This document shows, one piece after another, positions 9,357 to 18,474 of a stretch of 64,000 bases of DNA (position 1 is the stretch's first letter; each line of letters opens with the position of its first letter). A program made the translations under genes and the position numbers. The notes beneath the pieces are model-generated. The model had not been told where the DNA came from. It did no database searches and worked only from the letters and a program-made list of their open reading frames with translations. This stretch comes from Myxococcales bacterium (GTDB lineage: Bacteria > Myxococcota_A > Polyangia > Palsa-1104 > JAEUJZ01), in the NCBI GenBank assembly GCA_016794465.1, contig JAEUKA010000028.1:1-64000 (forward strand), given 5' to 3'.

Positions 9357-10034
9357 CTAATTAAGCTCCGAGTCGCCGGGCTTCTTCAAGTCGGCAACCA
9401 GCTTGGCCAGCGCAACGGTGAGCAGCTCGCTCCGCGCCGCCAGATCGCGACACTCGAACAGCCGTCGCCGCAGCCCTGGCTGTTGAACCAGCGCCGCCGA
9501 CAGCACATCGACCAGACACGGCAGCCGCTTCGTCTCGGTCGAGAGGCTACGCAGCGACGGTCCACTCTCCCCCAGTCCCTTCGCCAGCGTCTCGACCAGC
9601 AGCCGCAGATAGCTGAGCGCCGCCGGCTGATCGAGCGTCTCAGCCACTCGATCGCGCACCAGATGGGCCCGCACCTCGCGAAACGAGCGCTCCGGCGGCA
9701 GCTCTTCGTCAATCCGCACCCGCCCCAGCCCTTCGAGGAGGATGTTGTACGTCCCGTCCCCGTTTTCGCGATGGGCAATGATCTTGCCCAGCCCCGCCAT
9801 CGACCGCACCTTGGGCCGCCCGTGATAGTTCGCTTCAAAGCCGGGGGTCAGCTGCGCGATCGCCAGCAGCCCGTTGCCTGCCAGGCACTCGGCGGTCAGC
9901 TCGCGATAGCGCGGCTCAAAGATGTACAGCGGCAGCAGTGCCCGAGGGAACAGCAGCACCCGATAGAGCGGAAACAGGGGCAGCCGCTGTAGCTTGTGCG
10001 AGAGGCGCTCGCGGTCATTCCGGCTCTCGGTCAT
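9357..10034 (-). CDS. LON N-terminal (substrate-binding, PUA-like) domain protein
   Basis: LPLFPLYRVLLFPRALLPLYIFEPRYRELTAEC matches the Lon protease N-terminal domain family (COG2802). Start at internal Met (MTESRNDRER) rather than track start 10292. Confidence 0.7.
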   Translation of the reverse strand: MTESRNDRERLSHKLQRLPLFPLYRVLLFPRALLPLYIFEPRYRELTAECLAGNGLLAIAQLTPGFEANYHGRPKVRSMAGLGKIIAHRENGDGTYNILLEGLGRVRIDEELPPERSFREVRAHLVRDRVAETLDQPAALSYLRLLVETLAKGLGESGPSLRSLSTETKRLPCLVDVLSAALVQQPGLRRRLFECRDLAARSELLTVALAKLVADLKKPGDSELN

Positions 10035-10134
10035 GGGTCTGTTCTCACTATGGGAAGATGCCGCCCCGCCGAAAACTGCACCCGGCTCCGCTGGGTAGGA
10101 CGGACCACCACACGCGTGGCGGGTACTGTGGGAC

Positions 10135-11292
10135 TCACGACCACACCAGCGTGGCGCGCACAGTGGCGCGACCGTCTTTGACAACCACCCGGAACTGCAC
10201 GTCACGACAGGCGTGTTCGCTGCGGATGCGCGCGTGGCTGCCGAGGACTTCGTCGCTGAATGTCTCGAAGCTGAGCCCGCCGAGCGGCTCACCGCAGCGC
10301 ACCCGCGTATTCACAAAATCGGCATACAGCTTGGGCAGATCATCGCTGGTCCGTGGCGGCGGCGGCTCGGCTTCACTTGCCACGGGCAAAGAAGGAACCA
10401 GCGGCGAAAAAGCGACCGGCGTGGCACGGGACAGCCGAGCCCGATCGACTCCGGCCAGCAGCAGCCCCATCACCAGCAGCAGCCCCGAGACGAGCGCGCC
10501 CCGCAGCAGCCACGGCGCCGGCAGCCCAGCCGCCACACCACGCGACAGACGCACCCGCAGCGGCACAGGGCCCGCTTGCGGCCAGCCCCACAGCGCCACG
10601 CCCGGCACCGATCCGGGACGCTGCACCAGCCGCACTGCCTCGCCCCGAGGAGTCTCCCGCTCCGTCCCAGCCACCGGCAAGGGCTGCCCATCTCGTCGCC
10701 ACTCCACCGGCAAGCCCAGGCGAACGCCCAGCCGCTCGTCGAGCAAGCGACCCAGCACCAGGACGCCGGCAGAGCGCTCGGATTGCAGCGTCGTCAGCGG
10801 CACCGCCACCACTTCAAAGAGCTGACCGCCTTGCTCATACAAGTCGTCGAGCCGATAGCCGCGCAGCCCGTGCTGGAGCAGCGGCCAGCCCGTCAGCGAG
10901 TCACCATGGCGATCCTCATTGAGCCCGACCCGTGCCAGCACCGTGCCTTCGCGGCTTGCCACGAGCAAAAGGCCCAGGCCCTGACCGTCGGTAAGTCGTC
11001 GCAGGCGCTTTTGAATCGACTGCCGCAGCAGCGCCGGCTCAGCCAGTCCGCGCTCGTGCGCTTCGAGGCTACTCAGCAAGGCGCGATCGCTGCCGATGGC
11101 CGTCGCCAGCTCGATCAGCTGATTGGCCTCGATGCGCAGCCACAGCTCTGCCGCCTGTTTTTGCAAGGCCAGCTGAGCCGCCCTCCCTTTCGACTCGTCG
11201 CGCTCCAGATCTTGCACGAGCAGGCCACCGCCGAGCAAAAGCCCCAGCACTCCGATCGAGAGCAGCAGCAGCCACAGCCGCGTCCAGGTCAT
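10135..11292 (-). CDS. Membrane-anchored hypothetical protein with Cys-containing conserved C-terminal domain
   Basis: N-terminal TM (WLLLLSIGVLGLLLGGGLLV), long helical region, second TM (LVSGLLLVMGLLLAGV), and C-terminal LYADFVNTRVRCGEPLGG...HACRDVQFRVVVKDGRATV module. The long + strand ORF 10213..13179 here is R-rich antisense. Confidence 0.55.
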   Translation of the reverse strand: MTWTRLWLLLLSIGVLGLLLGGGLLVQDLERDESKGRAAQLALQKQAAELWLRIEANQLIELATAIGSDRALLSSLEAHERGLAEPALLRQSIQKRLRRLTDGQGLGLLLVASREGTVLARVGLNEDRHGDSLTGWPLLQHGLRGYRLDDLYEQGGQLFEVVAVPLTTLQSERSAGVLVLGRLLDERLGVRLGLPVEWRRDGQPLPVAGTERETPRGEAVRLVQRPGSVPGVALWGWPQAGPVPLRVRLSRGVAAGLPAPWLLRGALVSGLLLVMGLLLAGVDRARLSRATPVAFSPLVPSLPVASEAEPPPPRTSDDLPKLYADFVNTRVRCGEPLGGLSFETFSDEVLGSHARIRSEHACRDVQFRVVVKDGRATVRATLVWS

Positions 11293-11355
11293 CGGTTCGC
11301 GCTCCTTACCCAGGTGGAAGTCGAGGGACAGCTCTTTGCGAAGAAAAAGTGTGGC

Positions 11356-13125
11356 TTAGGAAGAGGCAGAGGCAGCGAGCCGATCGGTCAGCTGGCGATG
11401 CTCATCCCACAGCGCGGGCGGCAGGTGGTCACCGAACTTGCTCAAAAATTGAGCACTCCGCGCCGCTTCCTCCCGCCAGGCCGCCAGATCGACCGCGAGC
11501 AGCTGATCCATCGTGCCCGGCGGCAGGTCGAGCCCACGCAGATCGATCGCACCCGGCGACGGCAGAAGGCCAATCGGGGTCTTCACAAACGAGCCCTCGC
11601 CACGGACCCGCTCGACGATCCACTTGAGGACGCGGACATTGTCACCGTAGCCCGGCCACAGGAACTTGCCGTCGTCGCCAGTGCGGAACCAGTTGACCTG
11701 AAACAGCTTGGGTCGCTTGTCTTCCGTTGTGCGCTGACCCATCCGCAGCCAGTGCGCAAAGTAGTCGCCCATGTTGTAGCCACAGAACGGCAGCATCGCG
11801 AACGGGTCGTTGCGGACTACGCCCACCTGCCCCACCGCCGCTGCCGTCGTCTCGGAAGCCATGGTCGCGCCCAGATACACGCCGTGCTGAAAGTCGTGCG
11901 ACTGCACCACCAGCGGCGCCAGCTTGGCCCGTCGTCCGCCAAAGATGATCGCCGAGATCGGCACTCCTTGCGGAGCGTCAAACAGAGGAGACACGCTTGG
12001 GCACTGCTGAATCGGCGCGGTAAAGCGCGAGTTGGGATGCGCCGCCTTCTCGCCGCTGTCTGGACGATAGGGACGCCCTTGCCAGTCGGTCAGATCCTCG
12101 GGCGGCTCGCTGGTGAGCCCTTCCCACCACGGCTCGTTTTGGCTCGTCAGCGCGACGTTGGTGAAGATGCTGTTCTTTTGCAGCGTCGCGAGCGCGTTCG
12201 GGTTGGTGCGCTTGCCCGTCCCCGGAGCGACGCCGAAAAAGCCCGCCTCGGGATTGATCGCCCACAGCTGACCGTCCGGGCCGTAGTGCATCCAGCAGAT
12301 GTCATCGCCGACGGTGGTGACCTTGAACTCGTCGCCGAGGCTCGGAACAAGCATCGCCAGGTTGGTCTTGCCGCACGCCGAGGGGAACGCCGCCGCAATG
12401 TAGGTGGTCTGCCCACGCTTGTCCTCGATGCCAAGGATCAGCATGTGCTCGGCGAGCCAGCCCTCGTCGCGGCCCATGGTGCTGGCAATCCGCAGCGCGA
12501 AGCATTTTTTGCCCAAGAGCGCGTTGCCGCCGTAGCCCGAGCCGATGCTCCAGATCTCGCGGCGCTGGGGAAAGTGACAGATGAAGCGACGATCGGGCGA
12601 CAGGTCACCGAGCGAGTGCAGGCCCTTCACAAAGCCGCCGCCATGCTGATTCAGGTGATCGATCGCGACCTGGCCCATGCGGGTCATGATGCGCATGTTG
12701 GCGACGACGTACGGGCTGTCGGTGATCTCGACGCCGACCTTGCTCATCGGCGACCCGGCAGGGCCCATCAGGTACGGAATCACGTACAACGTCCGACCGG
12801 TCATACAGGACTCGAACAGCGGCCAGACGCGACGCTCTGCCTCGGCGGGAGAGATCCAGTTGTTGGTCGGACCCGCTTCCTCTTCCGTATCGGTGCAGAT
12901 GAAGGTGAGGTGCTCCGTGCGGGCCACATCACTCGGGTGCGAGCGGTGCAGATAGCAGCCCGGATACGTCTGCTGGCGCAGCGGCAAGAGCACCCCGCTC
13001 TGCGTCATCTTGGCAAGGAGCCGCTGATTCTCTTCCTCGGAGCCGTCGCAGTAGACAACGCTTGCAGGCTTGGTGACGGAAGCGACCTCGTGTACCCAGC
13101 TTTGAATATTGGCAGGGACGTGCAT
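11356..13125 (-). CDS. pckG: Phosphoenolpyruvate carboxykinase (GTP)
   Basis: 589 aa with hallmark GTP-PEPCK segments (YGGNALLGKKCFALRIAS, AAAFPSACGKTNLAML, FGGRRAKLAPLV). Confidence 0.95.
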   Translation of the reverse strand: MHVPANIQSWVHEVASVTKPASVVYCDGSEEENQRLLAKMTQSGVLLPLRQQTYPGCYLHRSHPSDVARTEHLTFICTDTEEEAGPTNNWISPAEAERRVWPLFESCMTGRTLYVIPYLMGPAGSPMSKVGVEITDSPYVVANMRIMTRMGQVAIDHLNQHGGGFVKGLHSLGDLSPDRRFICHFPQRREIWSIGSGYGGNALLGKKCFALRIASTMGRDEGWLAEHMLILGIEDKRGQTTYIAAAFPSACGKTNLAMLVPSLGDEFKVTTVGDDICWMHYGPDGQLWAINPEAGFFGVAPGTGKRTNPNALATLQKNSIFTNVALTSQNEPWWEGLTSEPPEDLTDWQGRPYRPDSGEKAAHPNSRFTAPIQQCPSVSPLFDAPQGVPISAIIFGGRRAKLAPLVVQSHDFQHGVYLGATMASETTAAAVGQVGVVRNDPFAMLPFCGYNMGDYFAHWLRMGQRTTEDKRPKLFQVNWFRTGDDGKFLWPGYGDNVRVLKWIVERVRGEGSFVKTPIGLLPSPGAIDLRGLDLPPGTMDQLLAVDLAAWREEAARSAQFLSKFGDHLPPALWDEHRQLTDRLAASASS

Positions 13126-13259
13126 TCGAGTGGTGTCCTTTCTAAAACCAGCGTCCTACACATCAATCATCCTGACTGACGACGCGGCGACACTACCACA
13201 ACCGCGCGCGGGACGGGGAGGCGGTGGCAGTAGGTCCGCAGTAGTTCTGGTAGGCGTTG

Positions 13260-14753
13260 TTAGAAGCGACGGGAGCGACTGCTGGTGGCGCCGGACTGCG
13301 GCATGCCAGGGATGCTGCCCGAGACCTGCGAGCGCGCCATGCTGAGCGAGCTGGCGAGATTCCCGAGCGTGCTCAAGGCCTGATCTTGGCGAAGATCGTG
13401 CTGCTCGCGATCGCGCATATCTTGCAGATAGCCGGGAAGATCACGCTGACCACCAACGAGAGCCAGCGCCCCCAACATCACATCGATGATCGACTTCGGA
13501 TCTTCGATTCGCAGGACATGCTCGGGGGATATGACACCTGCCCACTGCCTAATAATCACGTCGTCTTGGTAGTTGGCGTAGAGCGGATTCTCGGACGCAG
13601 CCTGCGGATCTTCGACGGGGCGCTGGCTGGGATCGTAGGAAAACTCGGCAATCTGGATGTCGCTCTGGGCGCCCGTCTCGCCTTTGCTAGAGATGACACC
13701 TTCAAAGCGCTGGATGTTGCCGTTGACCTCTAGCTCGACGGAGTAGCTGGTCGGCGCGCGGTCCCCCTCATGGAAGCGGTAGTTCTGGACAAACAGACGG
13801 TAGCGACCGGCGGGGGCCTGACCTTTGCGCCAGCGAATGTTTTCGACCGGCTTGGTCGTCTCGCCTCGGACGTTGCGATCGACATCCAGCTCGCCGCGAC
13901 AGGCCGACTGCTTGTGACCGTAGAAGATGTGTTCTCCCGACGGTGTGATCATGTGTAGATCGAGATCGTTGCGGTTGTCCCAGATCAGGCTGGCGCGCAC
14001 ATCAACGCCTTCGTAGACGCCGCCGGCAGCCTCGACGCGCTTCTTGATCTCGGCATCAATGTCGCGCCGCCGCTCGGTCATCGACTTCTGGGGATAGATG
14101 AAAAAGACATGATATTTCTCGGCCAGCTCGCGAAATATCGTCGCTGAGTCTAGATCTCTTGGCTCCTCGCGACCGAGCACGCGGCGAACCTGCTCGCGGC
14201 TGACCTTGGGATAGAAGCCTTCGTCGCCGAGGAAGAAAAAATACCCCTTTTTACCCCTCCCAAGGCACGCCAGCTGGCTGTGCCTGGCGTAAAAGTAAGC
14301 CGCCAGCTCATAGGACTCTTGGCCGGTGCCGCCGCCGCCCTCTTCGATCCAGATCTTCGACAGCACATCGTCGAGTCGGTTGTCGGCCTCGAACTGTCCA
14401 ACCTGAAGCGGCGCCTGGTCCGAGCTGGCATCCCCGATCGCGGCAAAGCTGACCGCCGGCCCGGGAACGTAGTTCTTCATAATGATCTGCCCAATGAACA
14501 TTGGCAGCTTGTCGTAGATGATGCGGGTGTCGTCGCCGCGTGAGCGGGTTACGTCCATCGCCACGACAATCGGGGTTTCGTTTTGACACTCGCGGCTCTT
14601 GCCATGCACGTCGAGCTGCTGGTGTACGCCGCGCCGCGCCGTTGCTTCATTCGCCGAGCCATAGCCGCGATAGGTAAAGACATCGCGGTTCGACGAGCGG
14701 GCTTCTAACGCAATGTCCTCATCGTAATTTCCACCACCCATGGGGCCTCCCAA
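13260..14753 (-). CDS. vWA-like domain protein with uncharacterised beta-rich C-terminal domain
   Basis: N-terminal half has a vWA/MIDAS-like pattern (IVVAMDVTRSRGDD...GGGTGQESYELA). C-terminal half (LIWDNRNDLDLHMITPSGEHIFYGHKQSACRGELDVDRN...) resembles no domain I can name. 48 bp downstream of the pseudokinase gene on the same strand. Confidence 0.7.
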   Translation of the reverse strand: MGGPMGGGNYDEDIALEARSSNRDVFTYRGYGSANEATARRGVHQQLDVHGKSRECQNETPIVVAMDVTRSRGDDTRIIYDKLPMFIGQIIMKNYVPGPAVSFAAIGDASSDQAPLQVGQFEADNRLDDVLSKIWIEEGGGGTGQESYELAAYFYARHSQLACLGRGKKGYFFFLGDEGFYPKVSREQVRRVLGREEPRDLDSATIFRELAEKYHVFFIYPQKSMTERRRDIDAEIKKRVEAAGGVYEGVDVRASLIWDNRNDLDLHMITPSGEHIFYGHKQSACRGELDVDRNVRGETTKPVENIRWRKGQAPAGRYRLFVQNYRFHEGDRAPTSYSVELEVNGNIQRFEGVISSKGETGAQSDIQIAEFSYDPSQRPVEDPQAASENPLYANYQDDVIIRQWAGVISPEHVLRIEDPKSIIDVMLGALALVGGQRDLPGYLQDMRDREQHDLRQDQALSTLGNLASSLSMARSQVSGSIPGMPQSGATSSRSRRF

Positions 14754-14801
14754 AAAGCTCTGCGAGCGCTGCCAGTACTGCCGCTGCGACTCGCCCGGTT
14801 G

Positions 14802-15992
14802 TTACATCTCCAGCGGTAGGAAGCGCTGCGGACCAAAGACCTCAACGCGCAGCCGCGCCAGCTGCTCCGCCACTTCCCACGCATCTTGCGCCCGCTGACG
14901 GGGACTCTCTCTCACCATGAACTGAATGAAGCGCGCAAAGCGCTCATCGACGCTGGGCGGCAAGGTGTCCTGCCTGACATCGCCACCGAGCAGATAGATC
15001 ATCGTCTTGCCGAGGGAATACAGATCGGACGCGGGCAGCGGCGGCCTCCGCGCCGTCACTTCCGGTGGACTAAAGTCCGGATTGTGGGCGCGAAAGCCCT
15101 GCCCGGTCTTCTCGGGCGCCACCACCGCGTAGGTCCAGTCGATCACAAACACGTTGTGATCGTGCGGCCTGACCAGGATGTGCGCGGGCTCGATATTGCC
15201 GTGGATGATTCCCTGCTGATGCGCAAAGCCCAGTCCGGACAGAGCCCGCGCCAAAATCCACGCCACGTGCTCGGCATTGAGTCCATCGGGATAGCGCTCG
15301 CGCACCTCATCCAGATCGTAGCCATCCAGATACCCAAAGATCGTGCCCGCCTGTCCCGATGGAGTCTGGAACTGATCGTAGACCTCGGGCAGGTGCTTGC
15401 GCTGGGCTCCTTCCACCGACTGGAGCGTGCGCAGAATCCGCGTCTCTTCCAGCAGCAGATCGTTGTCCTCACGCTGCATCGCAATCTTGACCGTCACTTC
15501 CTGACCACTGCGCGCCCCCGTCTCGCAAGCGCCGCGATACAGCATCGCCAGATCTCCCTGCGCCAAGATCCGCTGCACGCGATAGGTACTGCCGGCGGCT
15601 GTGACCGTGAAGTCCACCTCCGAGTTCGGCGGAGGCGTCGGAACACTCCGCAGGCGCGGCGGCGGCACCGGGGCTCGCGGCGGACTCGTCTCTGGATCGA
15701 TCGGAATCGGCTGCGGAATCGGACGCGCTCGCTCTAGCTCTTGCACCGCTCGTTGATGCCAGTCGTACAGCTTGCTGAGCAGGTGCCGCGCGCTGTTCTG
15801 CGCCAAGCTGTTACCGGCAAAGCGCTCGGGCCGCAGCCGCCGCACCAGCACCACGTATTCCTCTTCCAGTAGCACCAGGCGCTCGTCGACACTGACCTCT
15901 GTAAGCGCCATCGCCGGAAACACATCCTGCGTCGATCGAGCCCCTGCCAGGAGCGACTTTATCTCGGCCAGATCTTCGTGCAGCACCGACAT
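14802..15992 (-). CDS. Ser/Thr protein-kinase-like pseudokinase
   Basis: Protein-kinase fold with conserved VAIK Lys (EVTVKIAM) and alphaC Glu, but the catalytic loop is HGNIEPAH instead of HRDLKPxN and DFG is DWT. Start at internal Met MSVLHEDL (15992) so it does not overlap the divergent gene at 16118. Confidence 0.75.
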   Translation of the reverse strand: MSVLHEDLAEIKSLLAGARSTQDVFPAMALTEVSVDERLVLLEEEYVVLVRRLRPERFAGNSLAQNSARHLLSKLYDWHQRAVQELERARPIPQPIPIDPETSPPRAPVPPPRLRSVPTPPPNSEVDFTVTAAGSTYRVQRILAQGDLAMLYRGACETGARSGQEVTVKIAMQREDNDLLLEETRILRTLQSVEGAQRKHLPEVYDQFQTPSGQAGTIFGYLDGYDLDEVRERYPDGLNAEHVAWILARALSGLGFAHQQGIIHGNIEPAHILVRPHDHNVFVIDWTYAVVAPEKTGQGFRAHNPDFSPPEVTARRPPLPASDLYSLGKTMIYLLGGDVRQDTLPPSVDERFARFIQFMVRESPRQRAQDAWEVAEQLARLRVEVFGPQRFLPLEM

Positions 15993-16117
15993 CCCCCTGG
16001 GACAGCCGGCGCCCTTTCGCACCTGACCACCGCCCCCACCAGAATAGGACCACCGCCCGCACAGAGGAAGCGGCTCCGCCAAGTGAACGGAATTGCTAGG
16101 GAACTTCGCCCGGCTCT

Positions 16118-17254
16118 GTGCTGCCGACCAAGACCGGCTACTGTAGGACGATGCACATCGTGCGGATTCAGCGGGGGAACGCGCCCCAGGTGTCGCTTCT
16201 GCAAGAGCAGCGGTACGAAAAGGAAAAGGATCTGGAGAAAGACCTGGCGGCGGCACCGCTCCTCCTACAGCAGGTGATGGGAACGCCGATTCAGCTGCTC
16301 GCTACCTCGTTTCGACTGCCTGGGGATGAGCGAGTGGCCGGGCTCTACATCGACAGCGAAGGGCGGCTCCTGATCAGCGAGGTCCGGCTGGCGCGCAACC
16401 TGGGCTCCACGCGGGAGGTGCTGGGACAGCTGCTCGACCATGTCTCGGCGCTGTCGCAGTTTCGGATTGAAGACCTCAGCTCGTCGCTGTCCGGAAAGCT
16501 CGAAGAGGTCTTGCGCAACCTCAGTCGCGGTGAAGTCGAGCGCTATGCTTCGCTGTGGCAGCAGGTCAGTGAGCACCTGCGCGCCGGTCGGGTCGGCATG
16601 GTGCTGGTCCTCGATCGCGCGCCCGCACACCTGCAGCGGATCTGCCGCTATCTGTGTCAAAACGTAAAGATTCAGTTTGTGCTGCTGACGCTCAAGCGGT
16701 TCCGCGCCAGCGACGACAGTGACATCGTGGTGCCCACGCTGGTGGCGCAAGCGGCGCAGCAGCAGGCCCAGGCCAATCTGCTCGAGCTAGCGGTTCAGTT
16801 TGCGCACCAAGGGCCGGCAGCGGTGACCATCGACAACCTCAAGCATCGGCCAGGCGGACTGACGATCTTTCCGCGCGGCTGGCCGCAGGCGGTTCACTAC
16901 GAGTTTGTGATCCATCCCGAGCAAGACTGCTGCATCGGCGTCGAGCTTCACCTGGAAGATCGCGACCTACCGCAGCTGCGCGAGCTGGTCCGCTTTCTGG
17001 GATCGCCGGACATGCAGGATGCGCTGAAGGTTCACTTTGACGGGGGCAGGATTGTCTGGGACCCGACGCACCTGGGGTGTGGACGCTTGGCGGTGATGTT
17101 TGATGCGGCGACCGAGCCGGACTCTCTGTCCGCTGCGATGTCGGTGCTGATGGAGCTAACGTATGCGCGAATCTCCGAGCGGCTCCGTCACCTCAGCCGT
17201 CCTCCCGAGCCGCCACGCGAGCGACCGCAAGCCCCGCCGAAGGAGCCCCAATAA
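16118..17254 (+). CDS. NucS/Hjc-like PD-(D/E)xK nuclease-domain protein with uncharacterised C-terminal region
   Basis: N-terminus EKDLEKDLAAAPLLLQQVMGTPIQLLATSFRLPGDERVAGLYIDSEGRLLISEVRLARN follows the DUF91/NucS pattern (E.dLe..L...pelL..g..ll.rE..t..GriDll..D..G.lvviElK), with Arg in place of the usual Lys. Divergent from the vWA/pseudokinase operon. Confidence 0.6.
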   Translation: MLPTKTGYCRTMHIVRIQRGNAPQVSLLQEQRYEKEKDLEKDLAAAPLLLQQVMGTPIQLLATSFRLPGDERVAGLYIDSEGRLLISEVRLARNLGSTREVLGQLLDHVSALSQFRIEDLSSSLSGKLEEVLRNLSRGEVERYASLWQQVSEHLRAGRVGMVLVLDRAPAHLQRICRYLCQNVKIQFVLLTLKRFRASDDSDIVVPTLVAQAAQQQAQANLLELAVQFAHQGPAAVTIDNLKHRPGGLTIFPRGWPQAVHYEFVIHPEQDCCIGVELHLEDRDLPQLRELVRFLGSPDMQDALKVHFDGGRIVWDPTHLGCGRLAVMFDAATEPDSLSAAMSVLMELTYARISERLRHLSRPPEPPRERPQAPPKEPQ

Positions 17255-17314
17255 GAGTCATCCAAGACTCCTCTTATGAAGTTCAAATAAGAGTCGTTTA
17301 ATACTCCTCTTATT
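17251..17314. terminator. Two AT-rich hairpins between convergent genes (bidirectional terminator candidate)
   Basis: ataagag(17251-17257)...ctcttat(17271-17277) and aataagag(17287-17294)...ctcttatt(17307-17314), followed by a T-rich tail. Between the stops of 16118..17254(+) and 17350..18300(-). Confidence 0.55.
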
Positions 17315-17349
17315 TGTCTTCCCAGACAGCACTCCTAACCGGTCGATGG

Positions 17350-18300
17350 TTACTTCGGCTTTTGTAGGGTGCAGCCGGCGCGGGTCAGGTCGATGTTGTT
17401 GCTGGCATCGAGACAAGAATAGATCTGGTAGATCTGCTGACCGTATGCGGCACCCTTGGTGGCGGTGGTGCGACCGGTGGCATCGACCTCGCAGGGATTG
17501 TTGAGCGTGCACATCGCGCCACTCTCGTTGCCGGTGTTGTTGATGCCAATGACCGCGCGGGTTTCAAAGTCAATGATGGGCGAACCAGAGGTGCCGCCGA
17601 TCGTCTCGCAGCCCGGCTGGGTGAAGCGGATCGAGTCACGGAAGGTCCAGGTTCCTTCGCGCAGCTCGGGAACGAAGCGATCGATCGAGCAGGAATAGAT
17701 GCGGCGCCAGTATCCAGAGACAATCCGGACTGCCGTTCCTTCGCTTGGTCGACGACTGGCAATTGTCAGCGGTGCCACCCGAAAGCGCGAGGCAAGCTGC
17801 GCATAGGTCTGCGTCAAGCGATAGATCGCAAAGTCCGATCCGGTCATCGTTGCGTACAACATCCGCTGCGCCCGCAGGGTACCCAGCGATCGGGCACTCG
17901 CATCCAGCAGCGTGAACGTGCGCGACGAAGCCTGATCGACAATGGCGTTTCCTGCCGCCACGAATCCGCTCAAGCAGTGACCATTGGTCAGCACCAGCGC
18001 ATAGTCATCAGTCCGTGAAGTCGAAAAGCGCACCAGCGAGCCCGAGCAGTTCGACAGCGCCACGATCGCGGTAAAGTCTACTCCTGCTGCATCAAGCTCT
18101 TCCCACGTAGGGGTCTGATTCGCGGCTTCCTGCGCCTCTTGCGGATTCCCAACCGGCAGCGCCAGTGCCGTCTGGGTCGTCGCTGTCACCACAAGCAGAG
18201 AGGCAACCAGCAGCGAACCCACAGAACCGAGCAGCGAACCCAGCTTCCCCCGAGCAGAGCGACCGAACAGACTTCTCATGTGCATTCCTCCTTGTGTCAC
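17350..18300 (-). CDS. Secreted trypsin-like (S1 family) serine protease
   Basis: Signal peptide; catalytic His (LTNGHC) and Ser (GGTSGSP, cf. GDSGGP) motifs. Confidence 0.8.
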   Translation of the reverse strand: MTQGGMHMRSLFGRSARGKLGSLLGSVGSLLVASLLVVTATTQTALALPVGNPQEAQEAANQTPTWEELDAAGVDFTAIVALSNCSGSLVRFSTSRTDDYALVLTNGHCLSGFVAAGNAIVDQASSRTFTLLDASARSLGTLRAQRMLYATMTGSDFAIYRLTQTYAQLASRFRVAPLTIASRRPSEGTAVRIVSGYWRRIYSCSIDRFVPELREGTWTFRDSIRFTQPGCETIGGTSGSPIIDFETRAVIGINNTGNESGAMCTLNNPCEVDATGRTTATKGAAYGQQIYQIYSCLDASNNIDLTRAGCTLQKPK

Positions 18301-18391
18301 GGTGTCAAAACGCTTGTGAGGAAGACACTACGCTAAGGGGTAGCCCTGTACACAAGATGGGGGTTTTGTTCCCGACTCTGCTACCCAGCTG

Positions 18392-18413
18392 GGGTCTATT
18401 CCCCCAGACCCCG
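18392..18413. terminator. GC hairpin downstream of the FN3 lipoprotein gene (minus strand)
   Basis: ggggtct (18392-18398) / agacccc (18407-18413), perfect 7-bp stem with 8-nt loop. Followed at 18428-18449 by an 11-bp tandem duplication agtccgttggg x2. Confidence 0.5.
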
Positions 18414-18474
18414 CACACGCCTCCAGAGTCCGTTGGGAGTCCGTTGGGAATCCCTCTAGTCTGCTGCTGCTCCG

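Noticed and set aside
8949-9992. 347-aa + strand ORF
   Set aside because: Antisense to the RNase T2 and LON-N genes, which carry diagnostic motifs; R/Q/L-rich.
10213-13179. 988-aa + strand ORF
   Set aside because: Antisense to pckG and the membrane-protein gene. Composition is R/Q/H/P-rich with no domains. This is a typical high-GC antisense open frame.
14886-15737. 283-aa + strand ORF
   Set aside because: Antisense to the pseudokinase gene; R-rich, no motifs.
16257-16750. Track ORF 16265..16750(-) and the 88-aa N-terminal extension of the kinase ORF up to 16256
   Set aside because: Both overlap the + strand NucS-like gene start (16118). Choosing the internal kinase Met at 15992 gives a clean 125-bp divergent promoter region instead.
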